Positions 60,629 to 64,000 of a stretch of DNA of 64,000 nucleotides are shown here, piece after piece. The notes under the pieces are model-generated. The model saw only the letters and a list, made by a program, of their open reading frames with translations, did no database searches and was not told the origin of the DNA. The stretch is from positions 1,152,001 to 1,216,000 of the forward strand of contig CAXRHT010000002.1 in the NCBI GenBank assembly GCA_964230645.1, in the 5' to 3' direction. The stretch comes from Bdellovibrionales bacterium (GTDB lineage: Bacteria > Bdellovibrionota > Bdellovibrionia > Bdellovibrionales > JAGQZY01). The position numbers and the translations under genes are program-made. Position 1 is the first letter of the stretch. Each line of letters starts with the position of its first letter.

Positions 60629-61213
60629 CTAAAATATAGCGGGACTGTGGCGAATATTCTCGCTAGCTAGAAAAGCCACCTCAATAATTCGACGCTCTCT
60701 GGTTTCGGCTCTGCGTGCGGCTTTAATCCAGTGAAGCACACCCTTTTTGACACTCGCAGGAAATTGCTCGAAAAAGCCGGCAGCTTTAGGATAACGAGCC
60801 AATTCTTCTTTTAAATCCTCAGGAATAATTAAGTCTTCTACATCATCAAGAAAAAACCAACTTTCGTCTTTTTTAGCCTGTGCTATTTTTTCTCTTCCCG
60901 CCTCTGTCATGCGTCCCAACTTTTCCAACTTTTGCACCTTCTGTTTATTAACACGCGACCAGAGACTGCCTTTTTTTCGAGGAGAAATTAAACGCATGGT
61001 TCTTAACTCATCTTTTTTTCGAACCAGACCATCGATCCAACCAAAACAAAGCAGTTCGTCCACCAAGTCTGGGTATGGGATATAGTTTTTAGAACCCTTT
61101 TTATAGGTTACAAGCCAATGGCTTTGAGAAAGCTCGAAGTTTCCCTCAAGCCAGTCTCTAAGCTCATTTAGACTTTTCACCTCAATTTCCTTGTAAATCC
61201 TCATTACTTTCAA
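60629..61213 (-). CDS. YdeI/OmpD-associated family protein
   Basis: LCFGWIDG, SPRKKGS.WS..NK, AxxxETR.RRI. Confidence 0.85.
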   Translation of the reverse strand: MKVMRIYKEIEVKSLNELRDWLEGNFELSQSHWLVTYKKGSKNYIPYPDLVDELLCFGWIDGLVRKKDELRTMRLISPRKKGSLWSRVNKQKVQKLEKLGRMTEAGREKIAQAKKDESWFFLDDVEDLIIPEDLKEELARYPKAAGFFEQFPASVKKGVLHWIKAARRAETRERRIIEVAFLASENIRHSPAIF

Positions 61214-61356
61214 CCTCTCATACCAATCTAAGGATTTTATACCAGGGACTCTAGAAAATTAAAGTTTCATTATGAGACACACTCCGAGAAAGAAACAATT
61301 TTTGTTAAACAGTAGACACAAATTTGACGCTCTACTCGTAGCTGCGCTTTTTCGTC

Positions 61357-61372
61357 TGGCCCTTTGCTTGCA
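61357..61372 (+). promoter_or_regulatory. Putative sigma54 (-24/-12) promoter
   Basis: TGGCCCTTTGCTTGCA, GG-N10-GC spacing, just upstream of GGAGG-N5-ATG. Confidence 0.6.
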
Positions 61373-61395
61373 TTCATTTATTAGTGGAGGCCTTT

Positions 61396-62655
61396 ATGTC
61401 CATTTATAAAACCGCACTATTTATCTTAATTTTTTCTCCCCTAACGGCCGCGGCCGATCGCCCTGCCACTTTAGAACAGATTAGAGCTTGGTGTGCAGGC
61501 TCCGGAGAAGAGGATTTAAGAGTTACCAATATGACAAAAGCGGAAGCCTGCCGTTTTTATGGCTACGACCAAAATGGATATGGACCGTCACAATTCTCAC
61601 GAGTGTCGAACCAACAACCAGACACCGCAAGCGGGGTGAACCCACTTCCAAATAGAGGTGCTGGTGAAGAGGCTGCCTCTGCTAGTAACCCGACTTTAGC
61701 AGACTCTGGGCCTAATTCTGAAAATGCGGATACGCCGGCTCCTCTTTCGGGTCCAAGCGTAAACGGAGAAAACCCCTGCCAGAGTCCTGAGTTAACCTCA
61801 TTGATTCCTGAAGCAAATAGTGAACCCCCGCGATTCCCAAGAGCTCAAGGTGAGTATCTAACCTACGCCGAAGAACAAATCCGAGCAGGAAATATTCCCG
61901 ATCACATTCGACAACTGGTCCCCGTTCAAATGGAACAGGGAAATGGTTCTTGTATGGGTTCTAGTGAACCGATCACTTTGTGTGCTATGCCCGAGCCGAT
62001 CTCAATTGGCCCATCATCAAACTATGCCTACTCCCCCATCCGCTACAGCCAGGCCCACCAAATCGCTCGTGATTTTGGAATGATTTTACCGACAGAGGCC
62101 ATGGTCAATGCTACACTTCAAACTTCGGGAGCTACTCACGTCAGTCCTCTCACCCGTCCCTGGTATTCCGGAAATGGCGGTGATGGTACAATGACCCAGC
62201 CCTACCGCTTTCGGGAACAAAGTGATGCGATCAGAAATCAACTCGGCGGATCGGGAAATGGCAATCTCGTAGTCGGAACCCACAAAGATTATATTCTTAG
62301 AAATGGAGTTGGGATGAATGATGAAACTTTCACTCAACTTTCCCTTTACGGCTGGCACCGCAACACCGACCCAAGCAGTCGCTGGCAACCCGCTGGAATT
62401 CAACACGGTGACAGTCATGTGGACTACAGCCAAACCCCAAGGTTTTACAGTCAATGGGCTGTTGTGAATGGGCGTTGGGAAAATTTAACAGGCCTACTGC
62501 AAAATCCTGAATGTGCTGCAACCCTTAATGGAGGCTCAGCACTCAATGGTAATATTGCGACAGCATTCTCAAACCCAGAGGCACGACCACCATCAGGCGC
62601 TGTGGAAGTGGCACCTGTTGAAGATTCTTCTGGAGCTACCAGTTCAGAACTTTAA
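61396..62655 (+). CDS. Secreted hypothetical protein with low-complexity linker and conserved-looking C-terminal domain
   Basis: Signal peptide, GGAGG RBS; LPTEAMV, GTHKD, LYGWH, H..HVDYS motifs. Confidence 0.7.
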   Translation: MSIYKTALFILIFSPLTAAADRPATLEQIRAWCAGSGEEDLRVTNMTKAEACRFYGYDQNGYGPSQFSRVSNQQPDTASGVNPLPNRGAGEEAASASNPTLADSGPNSENADTPAPLSGPSVNGENPCQSPELTSLIPEANSEPPRFPRAQGEYLTYAEEQIRAGNIPDHIRQLVPVQMEQGNGSCMGSSEPITLCAMPEPISIGPSSNYAYSPIRYSQAHQIARDFGMILPTEAMVNATLQTSGATHVSPLTRPWYSGNGGDGTMTQPYRFREQSDAIRNQLGGSGNGNLVVGTHKDYILRNGVGMNDETFTQLSLYGWHRNTDPSSRWQPAGIQHGDSHVDYSQTPRFYSQWAVVNGRWENLTGLLQNPECAATLNGGSALNGNIATAFSNPEARPPSGAVEVAPVEDSSGATSSEL

Positions 62656-62666
62656 CGTTTTTAAGT

Positions 62667-62699
62667 AAAAAAAAAGCCTCTTTAGTAAGAGGCTTTTTT
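62667..62699. terminator. Bidirectional intrinsic terminator between rpsG and the convergent secreted gene
   Basis: A-run GCCTCTT TAGT AAGAGGC T-run. Confidence 0.85.
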
Positions 62700-62728
62700 G
62701 ATGACTTCTCTTTTTTAAATGAGAGAGC

Positions 62729-63202
62729 TTACCAGTTGTAGTGAGAGAAGGCGCGGTTGGCATCAGCCATTCTATGCACATCTTCTTTCTTTTTAATCGC
62801 GTTACCACGGTTGTTGTAGGCATCAACGATTTCGCCAGCAATTCTTGAGGCCATGTCTTTTTCTCCGCGTGAGCGAGAGTTGGCTGTTAACCAACGAAGG
62901 GCCAAAGTCACACGACGAGCGGGACGAACATCAACAGGCACTTGGTAAGTAGCACCACCCACACGACGAGAGCGAACCTCAAGTTGTGGTTTGATATTCT
63001 CAACAGCTTTTTTGAAAACACCCAGAGGCTCTTCGCCTTGGACTTTGTCTTTTACTTGATCAAGGGATCTGTAAACAAGAGCTTGAGCCACACTCTTTTT
63101 TCCATCGAGCATGATTTTGTTTACGAATTTAGCCAATAAAACATCGTTGTAAATTGGATCTGGAGCGACTTCTCTTTTGTAATTACCTTTTCTACGCGAC
63201 AT
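62729..63202 (-). CDS. rpsG: 30S ribosomal protein S7
   Basis: [26 protein letters not shown]. Confidence 0.99.
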   Translation of the reverse strand: MSRRKGNYKREVAPDPIYNDVLLAKFVNKIMLDGKKSVAQALVYRSLDQVKDKVQGEEPLGVFKKAVENIKPQLEVRSRRVGGATYQVPVDVRPARRVTLALRWLTANSRSRGEKDMASRIAGEIVDAYNNRGNAIKKKEDVHRMADANRAFSHYNW

Positions 63203-63211
63203 TTTTATCCT

Positions 63212-63589
63212 TTATGCACCTTTAGGCTTTTTAGCACCGTATTTAGAACGACTACGAATTCTGTTGGAAACACCTTGAGTATCCAAGACACCTCGAACAA
63301 TGTGGTAACGACAACCAGGAAGATCTTTAACACGACCTCCACGGATCAAGACCACACTGTGCTCTTGAAGGTTGTGACCAATTCCAGGAATGTAGGAAAT
63401 CACTTCGTAACCATTAGAAAGACGAACCTTAGCCACTTTTCTTAGGGCCGAATTCGGTTTCTTTGGAGTTGTTGTATAAACACGAGTGCATACACCACGC
63501 TTTTGAGGACATTTCGTCAAAGCGGGAGAGCTGCTTCTCTGCTTCTTCATCTGGCGTTCTTTTCGGATCAACTGGTTAATAGTCGGCAT
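63212..63589 (-). CDS. rpsL: 30S ribosomal protein S12
   Basis: [25 protein letters not shown]. Confidence 0.99.
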   Translation of the reverse strand: MPTINQLIRKERQMKKQRSSSPALTKCPQKRGVCTRVYTTTPKKPNSALRKVAKVRLSNGYEVISYIPGIGHNLQEHSVVLIRGGRVKDLPGCRYHIVRGVLDTQGVSNRIRSRSKYGAKKPKGA

Positions 63590-63699
63590 TTTTCTCCTAC
63601 AATCGATTTAAGGCGGCAAAATTATAAAATAACCGCCCTGTGGTCAAGTTTTTTCCCTAGACTTTGTCAAAAAGTCAATTTTGACAGTCTAGGTTCAAA

Positions 63700-64000
<301 letters not shown>

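Overview
Bacterial chromosomal window, most likely Bdellovibrionota (inferred from an FQNC-type exported protein, the TIGR03545/TIGR03546 pair, extended L3/L17 and no tuf after fusA). 0.2-33.4 kb is a large surface-glycan (LPS/O-antigen) locus: wecE, rmlB, wecB/C, manC, GT2/GT4 enzymes, a PglK-like ABC flippase, a WaaL-like ligase, AsnB-like, heparinase-like and WbpL-like genes, an embedded metF, and an Arn/Gtr-like amino-sugar transfer module whose wbqC gene appears to start at ATT. 33.5-39.8 kb holds accessory genes, including a secreted PI3/PI4K-like atypical kinase. 40.1-64 kb (minus strand) is the rpoC-str-S10-spc-alpha ribosomal supercluster with departures from the canonical layout: rplX (L24), rpsD, tuf, map and infA are absent. 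rpsG is terminated and separated from fusA by a ~6.5 kb insert (GtrAB/GT-C/methyltransferase cassette, YdeI, a sigma54-type secreted protein, a GTAG REPIN-like hairpin). The EF-G lacks the domain IV translocation motifs. A GTC-tagged palindromic repeat with a compensatory base change heads two tandem arrays of different period (21 bp; 30/112 bp). No CRISPR, tRNA, rRNA or transposase was seen. All product calls come from motif recognition, not database searches.
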